Shown here piece after piece: positions 31,909 to 40,826 of a stretch of DNA of 64,000 bases (positions within the stretch are counted from its first letter, which is position 1; each line of letters begins with the position of its first letter). The DNA comes from a bacterium (lineage in GTDB: Bacteria > Zhuqueibacterota > Zhuqueibacteria > Residuimicrobiales > Krinioviventaceae): positions 704,001 to 768,000 of the forward strand of contig OY843751.1 of the NCBI GenBank assembly GCA_963693055.1, read 5' to 3'. The notes beneath the pieces are model-generated. The model saw only the letters and a program-made list of their open reading frames with translations, did no database searches and had not been told where the DNA came from. The position numbers were made by a program, and so were the translations under genes.

Positions 31909-33495
31909 TTAATTTCCGGTTACGAGATGTTCAAAATTGAGTTGATAGATCAAGGTTTCCTTTTTTGCAATGTGAATGATTTCCTGTACGGATTGGTAAT
32001 TGTTATTTTTTAATGTAAGCGTATGCGTGCCAGGAGCAAGACGGGCATAGTCTTGCAATGGCGTCTGGCCAATGTATTTATCATTGATATAAACATCACC
32101 CCAGGGATAGAGCTTGCATTGAAAATATCCGCAAAGGGTGTCAAGATCAATAGCAATAGTTCTTTTAATTTGGGGTTCTATTTTAATTATTTGTTCATAA
32201 TCCGGGTATTCGGGATGTTTCAGTACAAGTGTATGCTGTCCCGGCAATATGGATATATCATCCTCGAGAGGAGTGGTATCTATATATTTAGAATCTATCC
32301 AAACCTGGGCCCAGGGACTGCATTGAATTTCAATACTGCCGGGAAGGTTTGATGTTTCCGTTACTGTCTCTGTTTCATGTGTGTTCTTTGGAGTGCTGGT
32401 AGATATGCTTTGGGGTGCAATATCTGCCGGTTGAACGGTTAATGCGTCAGGCGTTTTAGTCAAAGAATCCTGATTTATCTCTGTACTATCCGGATTGATG
32501 GTGGTTTGTGGTGTTGTCTGGTTTTGTACCAACTCATTTGTGCTATTGGGACGATTGCTTTTCTGCTGCCACAAAAAGATAAAAGAAGATATGGACACGA
32601 TAATCATTATAATAATAACAAGCCGATAACTGTTGCTGATTTTAGGTGGGAGCGGTGCAGCGACCGGCACTGCCTTGACCGGTTCATGGTCCATAGCTTG
32701 TAGGACCTCTTGAGCAGAACCCGGTCTGTTTGCGGCAGCTTTGTTTAATAAGCGGACCACATTGTGGCGAAAATCGTCTGCAATATCTGCAACGGGACCC
32801 AGCTCAGGAGTACAGGCATTGCTGATAATATTGTTTAGCGTTTCACCGGCGTCTTGACCCAGAAATGGATTTTTGCCGGTAATGAGTTCGTAACCGAGGA
32901 TGCCGAGTGAAAACAGATCAGTAGATGGCGTAAGTGACTCGCCGCGTATCTGTTCCGGAGACATGTAACCCGGTGTGCCCACAATGGATTCCTGCTGCGT
33001 GGCGTGAGGTTCATCTTTGACTAATGCCAGACCAAAATCTGCAATCTTGATTTTGCCGGAATCATCTACCAGAACATTTTCCGGTTTTATATCCCGGTGG
33101 ATGATATTTAACCGGTGCGCGGCATCCAAACCGCGTAGGATACCGATAAAGATATTTTCCTTATCTTGCGGTGTCAAATCTCCCTTGCGCAAAACCTTGC
33201 GAAGGTCCTGACTGGGGAAATATTCAAAAGAGATGTAGAACCAGTTTTGGTATGTGCCAAAATCAAAAACGCGGATAATATTGGGATGTTCAAGTCGGGC
33301 AAGCAGACGTGCCTCGCGACGAAATCGATCAAGAATTGCAGGATTTGCCAGATTTTCCTGATTCAGGGTTTTTAGAAATATCTTTTTTCCCAGATAAATA
33401 TGGTCTGCTATATAGATTCCGGTATTGCTGTCTTTTTTGACGCAGGACAATACCTGAAATTTTTCAAACAATATGTCATTCTGTTGATCTGGCAT
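31909..33495 (-). CDS. Membrane Hanks-type Ser/Thr kinase with two extracytoplasmic PEGA domains
   Basis: HRDIKPEN, DFG, GTPGYMSPE; one TM; two 'PW..V.I.....G/D.TPL' PEGA repeats. Confidence 0.93.
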   Translation of the reverse strand: MPDQQNDILFEKFQVLSCVKKDSNTGIYIADHIYLGKKIFLKTLNQENLANPAILDRFRREARLLARLEHPNIIRVFDFGTYQNWFYISFEYFPSQDLRKVLRKGDLTPQDKENIFIGILRGLDAAHRLNIIHRDIKPENVLVDDSGKIKIADFGLALVKDEPHATQQESIVGTPGYMSPEQIRGESLTPSTDLFSLGILGYELITGKNPFLGQDAGETLNNIISNACTPELGPVADIADDFRHNVVRLLNKAAANRPGSAQEVLQAMDHEPVKAVPVAAPLPPKISNSYRLVIIIMIIVSISSFIFLWQQKSNRPNSTNELVQNQTTPQTTINPDSTEINQDSLTKTPDALTVQPADIAPQSISTSTPKNTHETETVTETSNLPGSIEIQCSPWAQVWIDSKYIDTTPLEDDISILPGQHTLVLKHPEYPDYEQIIKIEPQIKRTIAIDLDTLCGYFQCKLYPWGDVYINDKYIGQTPLQDYARLAPGTHTLTLKNNNYQSVQEIIHIAKKETLIYQLNFEHLVTGN

Positions 33496-33508
33496 GTGGT
33501 GATTCGTA

Positions 33509-35014
33509 TTATATGTCCTGCTGTTCTTCTATTTCTTTTAATTTCATCTGTACCCACCGTACGGATACTCCCAAAGATTTGGCGGTTTGTGTGCGGTTGT
33601 CGTCATATTCTTGCAAGCGTTTAAGCAGCAAAAGCTTTTCAAAATCTTTAATGCTACCCGAAAAATCGGTGAGTTGGTTATCATCTTCAAAAATGATATG
33701 GTCTGGCTGCAGCTCTGAACCGTCACACATGATGAGCGCGCGCTGTAATATGTTTTCAAGCTGGCGAACATTGCCGGGCCAGTTGTAGCTTTCAAGCTTT
33801 TGCAGCGTTTTAGCAGAGATATGGATTTTTTTGTCCGTATGTTTACTGATCAGATGCGATGCCAATAACGCAATATCTGTTCTGCGCTCACGCAAAGGAG
33901 GTAATACGATTGGAAAAACATTGAGCCGGTAGAACAGGTCTTGTCTGAATTTACCCTGTGATACAAATTGTTTGAGGTCACGGTTGGTTGCGGCAATAAT
34001 GCGCACATCTACTTTTTTAACCTGGGTGTCGCCCACGCGAATGATTTCCTGGTTCTGGATGACTCGCAGCAGCTTGGCCTGTGTAGACATGGAGATGTCT
34101 CCAATCTCGTCCAGAAAGAATGTACCACCGGTTGCGACTTCAAACAGCCCTTTTTTATCGGTAGTTGCTCCAGAGAATGCGCCTTTTTTGTACCCAAATA
34201 GCTCACTTTCCAACAGGGTGTCTGGAATGGAACCACAGAACTGGGCTATATAGGGTTTGTTTTTGCGTTTGCTGAGTGTATGAATGGCCCGCGCTGCCAG
34301 ATCTTTACCGGTGCCGCTTTCACCCATTAACAATACTGTTGCATCGGTAGCTGCAACCCGATGGATGAGATTGGCGGATTTTTGGATCTCTTTACTTTTG
34401 CCAATCATATTGGGTATCTCGGTAAAGGCCTCTACCTGTTTTTTGAGCAGTCGGTTTTCGTCGCTCAGGTTTTCCATTTTTTCAAGTTTTTCCAGCGAGA
34501 GGGAAACCAGGTTGGCAAGAAATTCCAGAAACTGTAAATTTTCTTCGGTAAAGTTTTTCCGGTCTGCCTGACTGTCTGCCACAATTACGCCCCAAAGCGA
34601 ATTATTTAGCATGATGGGGACGCCTATAACAGACTGTATTTTATGAATTTGTATGCTTTCAAACTGGGATATACTGGGGTTGCTTTGCACATCGTGATAT
34701 AAACAGGATTTCTTGCTGTCTAGTACCTTGTTTAAAATTCCGGAAGAAAATTCTGATAGATCATGGATATCCTGCTGGGCAAGGTTACGAGCTGCAATGC
34801 AACGAAAAGATTCTGACGAGTGATCATATTGCGCAATCAGTGCGCGCTCTGCATTCATTACTTTAACAACCAGATCCAGAACATCTGACGTAAGATTTTC
34901 CTGTACTTCGGAACCATTTAATAACTGGCTGATTTGATACAGCGCGTCAAACTGGTCTTTGTGTATTTGTCCTAATTTTCCAAGATCGGGTTGTGTATTC
35001 ATTGTATTTGTCAT
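33509..35014 (-). CDS. GAF-domain sigma54-dependent enhancer-binding protein (Fis HTH)
   Basis: N-terminal GAF; 'GESGTGKD', 'GAFSGA', 'FLDEIG', 'WPGNVRQL'; TAATG-coupled to the lipoprotein gene. Confidence 0.95.
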   Translation of the reverse strand: MTNTMNTQPDLGKLGQIHKDQFDALYQISQLLNGSEVQENLTSDVLDLVVKVMNAERALIAQYDHSSESFRCIAARNLAQQDIHDLSEFSSGILNKVLDSKKSCLYHDVQSNPSISQFESIQIHKIQSVIGVPIMLNNSLWGVIVADSQADRKNFTEENLQFLEFLANLVSLSLEKLEKMENLSDENRLLKKQVEAFTEIPNMIGKSKEIQKSANLIHRVAATDATVLLMGESGTGKDLAARAIHTLSKRKNKPYIAQFCGSIPDTLLESELFGYKKGAFSGATTDKKGLFEVATGGTFFLDEIGDISMSTQAKLLRVIQNQEIIRVGDTQVKKVDVRIIAATNRDLKQFVSQGKFRQDLFYRLNVFPIVLPPLRERRTDIALLASHLISKHTDKKIHISAKTLQKLESYNWPGNVRQLENILQRALIMCDGSELQPDHIIFEDDNQLTDFSGSIKDFEKLLLLKRLQEYDDNRTQTAKSLGVSVRWVQMKLKEIEEQQDI

Positions 35015-36000
35015 TAGTATACCACCGTAAAAGATGCGGGTTTTGAACGGGACTGGTTTTGAAACGGATCTACACACCAGATCCACCAATAATAGTCACC
35101 TTCAGGTAATGCCTGATCGATCAGTACAGATGTACTGTCTGAAGAGATATTGGATTTTGACCAGACGAGTGTTCTTTCAAAATCGTATTTATAAACTTCT
35201 ATGTTGAGCTGAAAGTCAAAGCCGGGCTCAAAAAGTTCCCATTCTAGCAATGGATTTTTCCCCACCTCTTTGTTTGCGGTTGGACTTGTCATGGTAATCT
35301 GATCCAGAATGGTGCGAATGGCCCTGCCATTACCCAAATGTATAGTATGGTTGTATCTGTCTTTGACATAAACGCCAAAGGTATAGCCAACGATCTGACG
35401 AATAGAGCCTACATTTAAATCAGACGCTATAAATTCGTCTTCAAACAAACGTATAGAGTGATCGTATGTTAATTGTCTTTTTAGCCCCCAATAGTCATTT
35501 TGGATGTAGATGGAATCAATATCATTGTCCTGGTCTGTTATTCCAACGGAAACGATTAAAGACATATCCTGAATTGCCGGGAACGAGTTGACTACCTTTG
35601 TGTAAAAAATAAGGCTGTCAGTTTGCGGAAAGGCGTTTAAATTCACATCAATATCATAGCGACCATCAGCGGACCAGGAGACACTCACCGTATCCGGCAT
35701 GTACCCGTCTTTGGTGAAAACCAGATTGCCCTGGCGAGGCAATATGTTGCAAATGTTGAATTTCCCAAACTTGTTGGTTTTTACCAGTACATTGTCAGTT
35801 GCCCAGTAAACACTTGCATTGTCAAGGGGAGCGGGTGGAACGCTCAGGGTTTTGACAGTACCTGTGATCTCACCCAGGTCATTATCCGGATTTTCGGGAT
35901 CAAAGGGATTTTCGCGTGGAGCATTGCACTGTATGAATAGCAAACATACCAGGATTGCAATCCGTTTGAAAGAGAATTTTTTTGAGATCAATGCTGTCAT
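35014..36000 (-). CDS. Lipoprotein with carboxypeptidase-regulatory-like and Ig/FN3-like domains
   Basis: Lipobox FIQC followed by 'RENPFDP'; 'GEITGTV', 'TN..G.F', 'KDGY' pattern. Confidence 0.8.
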   Translation of the reverse strand: MTALISKKFSFKRIAILVCLLFIQCNAPRENPFDPENPDNDLGEITGTVKTLSVPPAPLDNASVYWATDNVLVKTNKFGKFNICNILPRQGNLVFTKDGYMPDTVSVSWSADGRYDIDVNLNAFPQTDSLIFYTKVVNSFPAIQDMSLIVSVGITDQDNDIDSIYIQNDYWGLKRQLTYDHSIRLFEDEFIASDLNVGSIRQIVGYTFGVYVKDRYNHTIHLGNGRAIRTILDQITMTSPTANKEVGKNPLLEWELFEPGFDFQLNIEVYKYDFERTLVWSKSNISSDSTSVLIDQALPEGDYYWWIWCVDPFQNQSRSKPASFTVVY

Positions 36001-36291
36001 ATTTATCGTTCAATTGTTGGGAATGTCCCAAGATACTGAAAAAAGTAAATTTCTCCTAATGAAATAAAGCCACCCTCTGGTTCAAATTAAAAAAAAATAC
36101 GGGAAAAGTAAAGGATTTTGAGGAGAAAAAGAATGAAATATGAGGTTAAAATTTTTAAAATTTATGCATATGGCTTTTATGAATAATTACCAAACATGGG
36201 AACCTGGGTAAAAAGTTGTACGTTAATATTTTGACCAAACACCATGGGATATTTTAAAAATCCATATTACCTGCATAACAGAGGGGAATTT

Positions 36292-36906
36292 ATGAAAAAG
36301 CAGTCTGGCTTTTATGTGATTATTGTGCTGATTTTATTTTGCACTCATGCAAGATCAATGGAATTGGGAGTGATAGGCGGGGCCAATGCAGAGCGCCATA
36401 CCTTTAAGGACTATGAACCGGAAATGTATTCATACCCAATAAACTATTCTGTTGGATTGTATGGAGAATGGCCGTTTTATAAACAATTGACAGTGCTTTC
36501 CGAGTTAAACTATGCCGAATATGTATCAAAATATGGCTATCCGTGTTCCTGTGAGTGGTGGGTAGATGCAACAAGGAGAAAACGGTTATTGTCTGTTCCG
36601 GTAATGCTGAAATTTACTAAAACCAATGGTATATATATTAATTTGGGAATGTCATTGCGCTATAATTTTGAAAACTATCGAAAAACTGAAATTGGTTATG
36701 ATACCTATGAAAGAATAGTTTATAATAAATTTGATAGTTTTCTCGAATTCGGTCTGGGGAAACAGTTTTATGACAAGCGGCTACCAGTCCGTTTTGAATT
36801 GCGTGCTTCCCGCGGCAGTATGGGACTGTTTGAGACCCGCGGAGACGATTGGGGATACTGGCAATACCAGATATTGCTGGGCGTGGCGTTGTGGGAGAGT
36901 AATTGA
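36292..36906 (+). CDS. Outer-membrane beta-barrel (PorT/porin-family-like)
   Basis: Signal peptide; 'GVIGGAN', 'LSVPVMLKF', amphipathic strands. Confidence 0.75.
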   Translation: MKKQSGFYVIIVLILFCTHARSMELGVIGGANAERHTFKDYEPEMYSYPINYSVGLYGEWPFYKQLTVLSELNYAEYVSKYGYPCSCEWWVDATRRKRLLSVPVMLKFTKTNGIYINLGMSLRYNFENYRKTEIGYDTYERIVYNKFDSFLEFGLGKQFYDKRLPVRFELRASRGSMGLFETRGDDWGYWQYQILLGVALWESN

Positions 36907-37307
36907 TTTGAAATTAATTGACACATTTGTTCTGGGATAGTAATTTAAATCGGGCCAATAAAAGGAGTACAGTCCGTTTATGGACTGTGTGTCCACCGTC
37001 AGGTGGGCAATTTTTGGGTGTTTGCATACGAGGCTAAAATCGATATGGTTTTTGTTTTACATCAAATGTATGATCGTGAGCATGTTTATAGTTAGCGTTT
37101 AAAATATCAATGTCCGGGACAGGCGTTCCGTGCTGAGTAAAGATTCATTGAATATTGAACTCGTTCCCCAATAGTCTTTTGGATTTAATCATGCCAACCA
37201 CGGAATTGATATTATTATTTGTAAATTGATTGGATTTTTTTAAATTGACATGGGTGGTCATTGAGGAATTATCCCGCAAATAATATATAAATAGAGGAAC
37301 CCAATAG

Positions 37308-38000
37308 ATGAAATTCAAGCTGTTGATATGCATTTGTGTTTTGTTGGCTGGTCAGATTGGCGCATCTCCCTTTTCCAATATGTATATTTATTTGGGGCAG
37401 AATCTGTCTTCATTTCAGGATGAGGCAAGCAAGAGTTCGTTTAGCAGTTGTATTGGTGTTGGCTATAATTTGAAAACGTTCCAACGGACAAGCCTTGCAG
37501 TTGAATTGTTTTTAACGAATAAGGACGCAAAATTAAAAAGTAAACATATTCAGGGCGCATTTGAATCCACCCGGTATAACACTGTGTATGATATAAATTG
37601 CTCTGTGGGCTCGATTGATATACCTATCATCTTGAAATATAATATACCTTTTACAAAACAGTTACATTTTAATGTTTTGTCTGGCCTCCAATACAGCCAG
37701 AATATTACGGATGGGGCTGATATGAGTATGCCATATTCAGTCGGGCTGCGAGATGAAAATGAGCCTCAAGTATATGATTACACGCTTTATCCTGATCGGG
37801 ACAAGTATTATATTTTTGAAAATAGAGGGTTTGGATTGCTTTTTGGCTTTTCAATGGATGTATTGGTTTTGACGTTCCAGGCCCGTTATGTGTATTCATT
37901 GAATTATACGCTCCATACTGTAAACTATATCGAGATCAATGAAAAAATGAACACGCTTTATTTGACTGTGGGTATCGATTTGGGGAAAATGAAATTTTAA
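37308..38000 (+). CDS. Outer-membrane beta-barrel (PorT/porin-family-like)
   Basis: Signal peptide; 'G.NLS', 'IDIPIILKY', 'ARY..SL'; terminal Phe. Confidence 0.75.
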   Translation: MKFKLLICICVLLAGQIGASPFSNMYIYLGQNLSSFQDEASKSSFSSCIGVGYNLKTFQRTSLAVELFLTNKDAKLKSKHIQGAFESTRYNTVYDINCSVGSIDIPIILKYNIPFTKQLHFNVLSGLQYSQNITDGADMSMPYSVGLRDENEPQVYDYTLYPDRDKYYIFENRGFGLLFGFSMDVLVLTFQARYVYSLNYTLHTVNYIEINEKMNTLYLTVGIDLGKMKF

Positions 38001-38143
38001 ATCACGCAATTTTTTATCTGCCTACGAAAGAGCATGAAAAATGCTTTATCGTGTAATGATGATTCCGCGTGACGGATGTCCCATACATATATTCCGAGAT
38101 GCAGGAATCTGCATCTCGATCAATTTATATTGGGGAAAAGTGG

Positions 38144-38701
38144 TTATTTGATGAGTTTTGAAATCTGTTTAAACTCGTCAGTGCCCGAGGTGTAGAGCAG
38201 TTCAAACAATGCCATTTCGGCGGTGGTTACCGTTATTTTCTGCTGGCGCATACGGTCGAGGGCCGTGTCATGATCGAGGGGTTTGCGCGAGGTTACCGCG
38301 TCTGCGCAAACGGCCACCTGCATTCCAAAATATTTCAATTCCAGTGCGGACTGCATAACGCAGACATGTGTTTCTATACCGGCAACAACGATCTGGTGAA
38401 TTCCCTGACTCTCAATGTCACGTACCAGGTCGTGTTGTCCGCAGACAGAAAACGTACTTTTTTCATAGGCTTTTCGGTCACCCATCAGTTTACGCAGGGC
38501 AGGTTCTGTGGGTCCCAAGCCTTTCGGATATTGTTCGGTAAAAAATACAGGCAGATTGAGAATGTCAAAGCCTTGTATCAACAGGGAGGTACGGTCAATT
38601 ACAGCCTGACGCTGTTGCATGACCTGTGCAATGCGCTCCTGAATATCGATAACCAACAGGGCGCTTTGCTTGCGGTCCTGTAAATTGGGGTGCCGGTTCA
38701 T
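38144..38701 (-). CDS. Isochorismatase-family hydrolase
   Basis: 'VIDIQE', 'TEQYPKGLG', 'K..FS', 'GIETHVCV'. Confidence 0.93.
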   Translation of the reverse strand: MNRHPNLQDRKQSALLVIDIQERIAQVMQQRQAVIDRTSLLIQGFDILNLPVFFTEQYPKGLGPTEPALRKLMGDRKAYEKSTFSVCGQHDLVRDIESQGIHQIVVAGIETHVCVMQSALELKYFGMQVAVCADAVTSRKPLDHDTALDRMRQQKITVTTAEMALFELLYTSGTDEFKQISKLIK

Positions 38702-38718
38702 TTCGTCAAATCCCCATT

Positions 38719-39192
38719 TCAAAATTCAATATCCACAACTTTGTATTCAATTTTACCGGCGGGTATTTTGATTTCCACTACATCGCCAACCTCTTTACCG
38801 ATGAGTGCTTTGCCTACCGGAGAATCTACGGAAATGGCATCCAGATCAGAGCTGTTAAACTCGGCAGTGGGAACAAGCTGGTATACAATCTCTTCATCTG
38901 TACCGGCTTCAATCAGTTTGACCGTACAGCCAACAAGAACGCGGCTGTTGCTCATCATTTCTTCGGTTAAAACCCGCGCGCGGGACAATGTTTCTTCAAG
39001 ACGAGCAATTTTACCTTCAATCAGGGCCTGTTTTTCTTTGGCGGCCGCGTATTCGGCATTTTCTTTTAAATCTCCATGATCACGTGCGTCAGAAATAGCC
39101 TGAATGACCTCTCTGCGGTCAACACGTTTCATTTGGTCAAGCTCGGCTTTCAATTTATCAAATTGTTCCTGAGATAAATACATAGCCTTCAT
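38719..39192 (-). CDS. greA: Transcription elongation factor GreA
   Basis: 'ARDHGDLKENAEY.AAK', 'IS..SPVG.AL'; start at ATG 39192. Confidence 0.96.
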   Translation of the reverse strand: MKAMYLSQEQFDKLKAELDQMKRVDRREVIQAISDARDHGDLKENAEYAAAKEKQALIEGKIARLEETLSRARVLTEEMMSNSRVLVGCTVKLIEAGTDEEIVYQLVPTAEFNSSDLDAISVDSPVGKALIGKEVGDVVEIKIPAGKIEYKVVDIEF

Positions 39193-39255
39193 ATTAGATT
39201 CCTTTTTGTTTACACCCGGTTGTTTATTTTTAAAAAAATCAATTTCGAAAAATAT

Positions 39256-39336
39256 AAAAAAACAAACCGGGTCACAAGAATTCTTGTAAACCCGGTTTGT
39301 CTTGTATAAACTACAAAAAACAGAGCATCTTGTCAA
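39256..39336 (-). promoter_or_regulatory. greA sigma70-type promoter and leader terminator
   Basis: Minus strand TTGACA-N17-TAGTTT, then ACAAACCGGG...CCCGGTTTGT plus T-run. Confidence 0.7.
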
Positions 39337-39425
39337 GGAAAATCGACCAAGTTCATAATTTTTATGAATTTCCTTGTTTATTTTAAGATAAGTCTTAAAT
39401 TGTGCAAAAAACAGGAGTCTAATGA

Positions 39426-39947
39426 ATGAAAGATATTATCGTCATTACAACCGGCGGTACTATAGAAAAAACCTATGATGAGGAAACCGGCATATTGATG
39501 AACCGGCATTCTCAATTGCGTTCCATGATGAAAAAGATCAGGCTGCCCTATACCCGTATCAACCAGCAGGAGCTGTTGTGCAAAGATTCGCTGGAAATGA
39601 CAGACAAGGACCGGCAGGCTATATTAAAATCTGTCGAATCATACCTGTTTCAGGACAGGCCTATAGTGATCTTGCACGGTACGGATACCATGGCGGTAAC
39701 AGCGCAGTATATTTACGACAATATTCGTGAGCTGCATGTACCGGTGGTGTTTACAGGCGCCATGCGTCCATTTGGATTCGAGAATTCCGATGCAATCCAG
39801 AATTTTACCGAAGCGCTTATGGCGTGCTCGCTCTTGAAACCGGGTGTGTATATATCCATGCATAATGAAATCCATATACTTCCGGGTGTAAGAAAGAACC
39901 GGGAGAAACGGACATTCGAAAGTTTTGATATAGAAGGAGAAGAATAG
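39426..39947 (+). CDS. Short single-domain asparaginase-family protein
   Basis: 'TTGGTI' and 'HGTDTM' catalytic Thr motifs; lacks the C-terminal domain. Confidence 0.88.
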   Translation: MKDIIVITTGGTIEKTYDEETGILMNRHSQLRSMMKKIRLPYTRINQQELLCKDSLEMTDKDRQAILKSVESYLFQDRPIVILHGTDTMAVTAQYIYDNIRELHVPVVFTGAMRPFGFENSDAIQNFTEALMACSLLKPGVYISMHNEIHILPGVRKNREKRTFESFDIEGEE

Positions 39948-40826
39948 ATGCAAGTACGATTAACTGTGATTTTGATATTGGCGGCGTTCTGTCAACTGTT
40001 TGCGATTCCACATGGCAAAGTGGTTGAAGGATTAAAGATGAAAAGTGAAATTGTGGGTTACGATGTGAATTTTTCTGTGTATTTACCACCGGATTATGAT
40101 TATTCGAGCCGGGCGTATCCGGTTGTTTATCTGCTGCATGGATACAGCGATAATGAAACCGCCTGGGTGCAGTTTGGTCAAGTGCATATGGCAGCGGATG
40201 AGGCCATTGCCAACCGCGAAATACCAGCCATGATCATTGTTATGCCCGATGCAAAAATAACCTGGTATGCCAATGACATTGCCGGCAAGGATCGTTATGA
40301 AGATATGTTTTTTGAAGAATTGATACCCTACGTAGAATCCATTTATCGTATTCGTGCGAAAAAAGAGTATCGCGGTGTTTGCGGGCTGTCAATGGGTGGA
40401 TTTGGATCGCTATTGTATGCCATGCACCATCCCGATATGTTTGCGGCTTGCGCTCCGTTCAGTGCCGGTGTTTTTACCGATGCAGAAATGGTAGATATGG
40501 AAACCAAAACATATTCTCATTATTTTCAAAACTTGTTTAGTGACAGTCATAACAGCGACAAACGTTTGACTGCGTATTGGAAGGATAACAATCCTTTGGA
40601 ACTTGCTAAAACCCTGCCGGTAGAATCCTTGAAAAGTGTGCGCTATTATGTGGATTGCGGAGATGATGATTTCCTAATACGTGGTAATTGTGAATTGCAT
40701 TTAACACTCAAAGATCGTGAAATTCCGCACGAGTTTAGGGTAAGAGACGGTTCGCACAACTGGACCTATTGGCGCACCGGTATTGCAGATGCGTTAAAAT
40801 TTATCGGCAAGAGCTTTCACAGATAA
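39948..40826 (+). CDS. Secreted alpha/beta-hydrolase esterase (CE1-like)
   Basis: Signal peptide; 'YPVVYLLHG', 'GLSMGG', 'DCGDDD', 'G.HNW.YW'. Confidence 0.9.
   Translation: MQVRLTVILILAAFCQLFAIPHGKVVEGLKMKSEIVGYDVNFSVYLPPDYDYSSRAYPVVYLLHGYSDNETAWVQFGQVHMAADEAIANREIPAMIIVMPDAKITWYANDIAGKDRYEDMFFEELIPYVESIYRIRAKKEYRGVCGLSMGGFGSLLYAMHHPDMFAACAPFSAGVFTDAEMVDMETKTYSHYFQNLFSDSHNSDKRLTAYWKDNNPLELAKTLPVESLKSVRYYVDCGDDDFLIRGNCELHLTLKDREIPHEFRVRDGSHNWTYWRTGIADALKFIGKSFHR

Noticed and set aside
23035-36000. Cytoplasmic MoxR-vWA ternary conflict system
   Set aside because: No MoxR ATPase; the AAA protein is a sigma54 activator and all vWA proteins have signal peptides
39193-39336. Long N-terminal extensions given by the ORF track (greA; also 35089, 40769, 48555, 51537, 54755, 61399)
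   Set aside because: They run through promoters or neighbouring genes; downstream ATGs have RBS or coupling and match family N-termini
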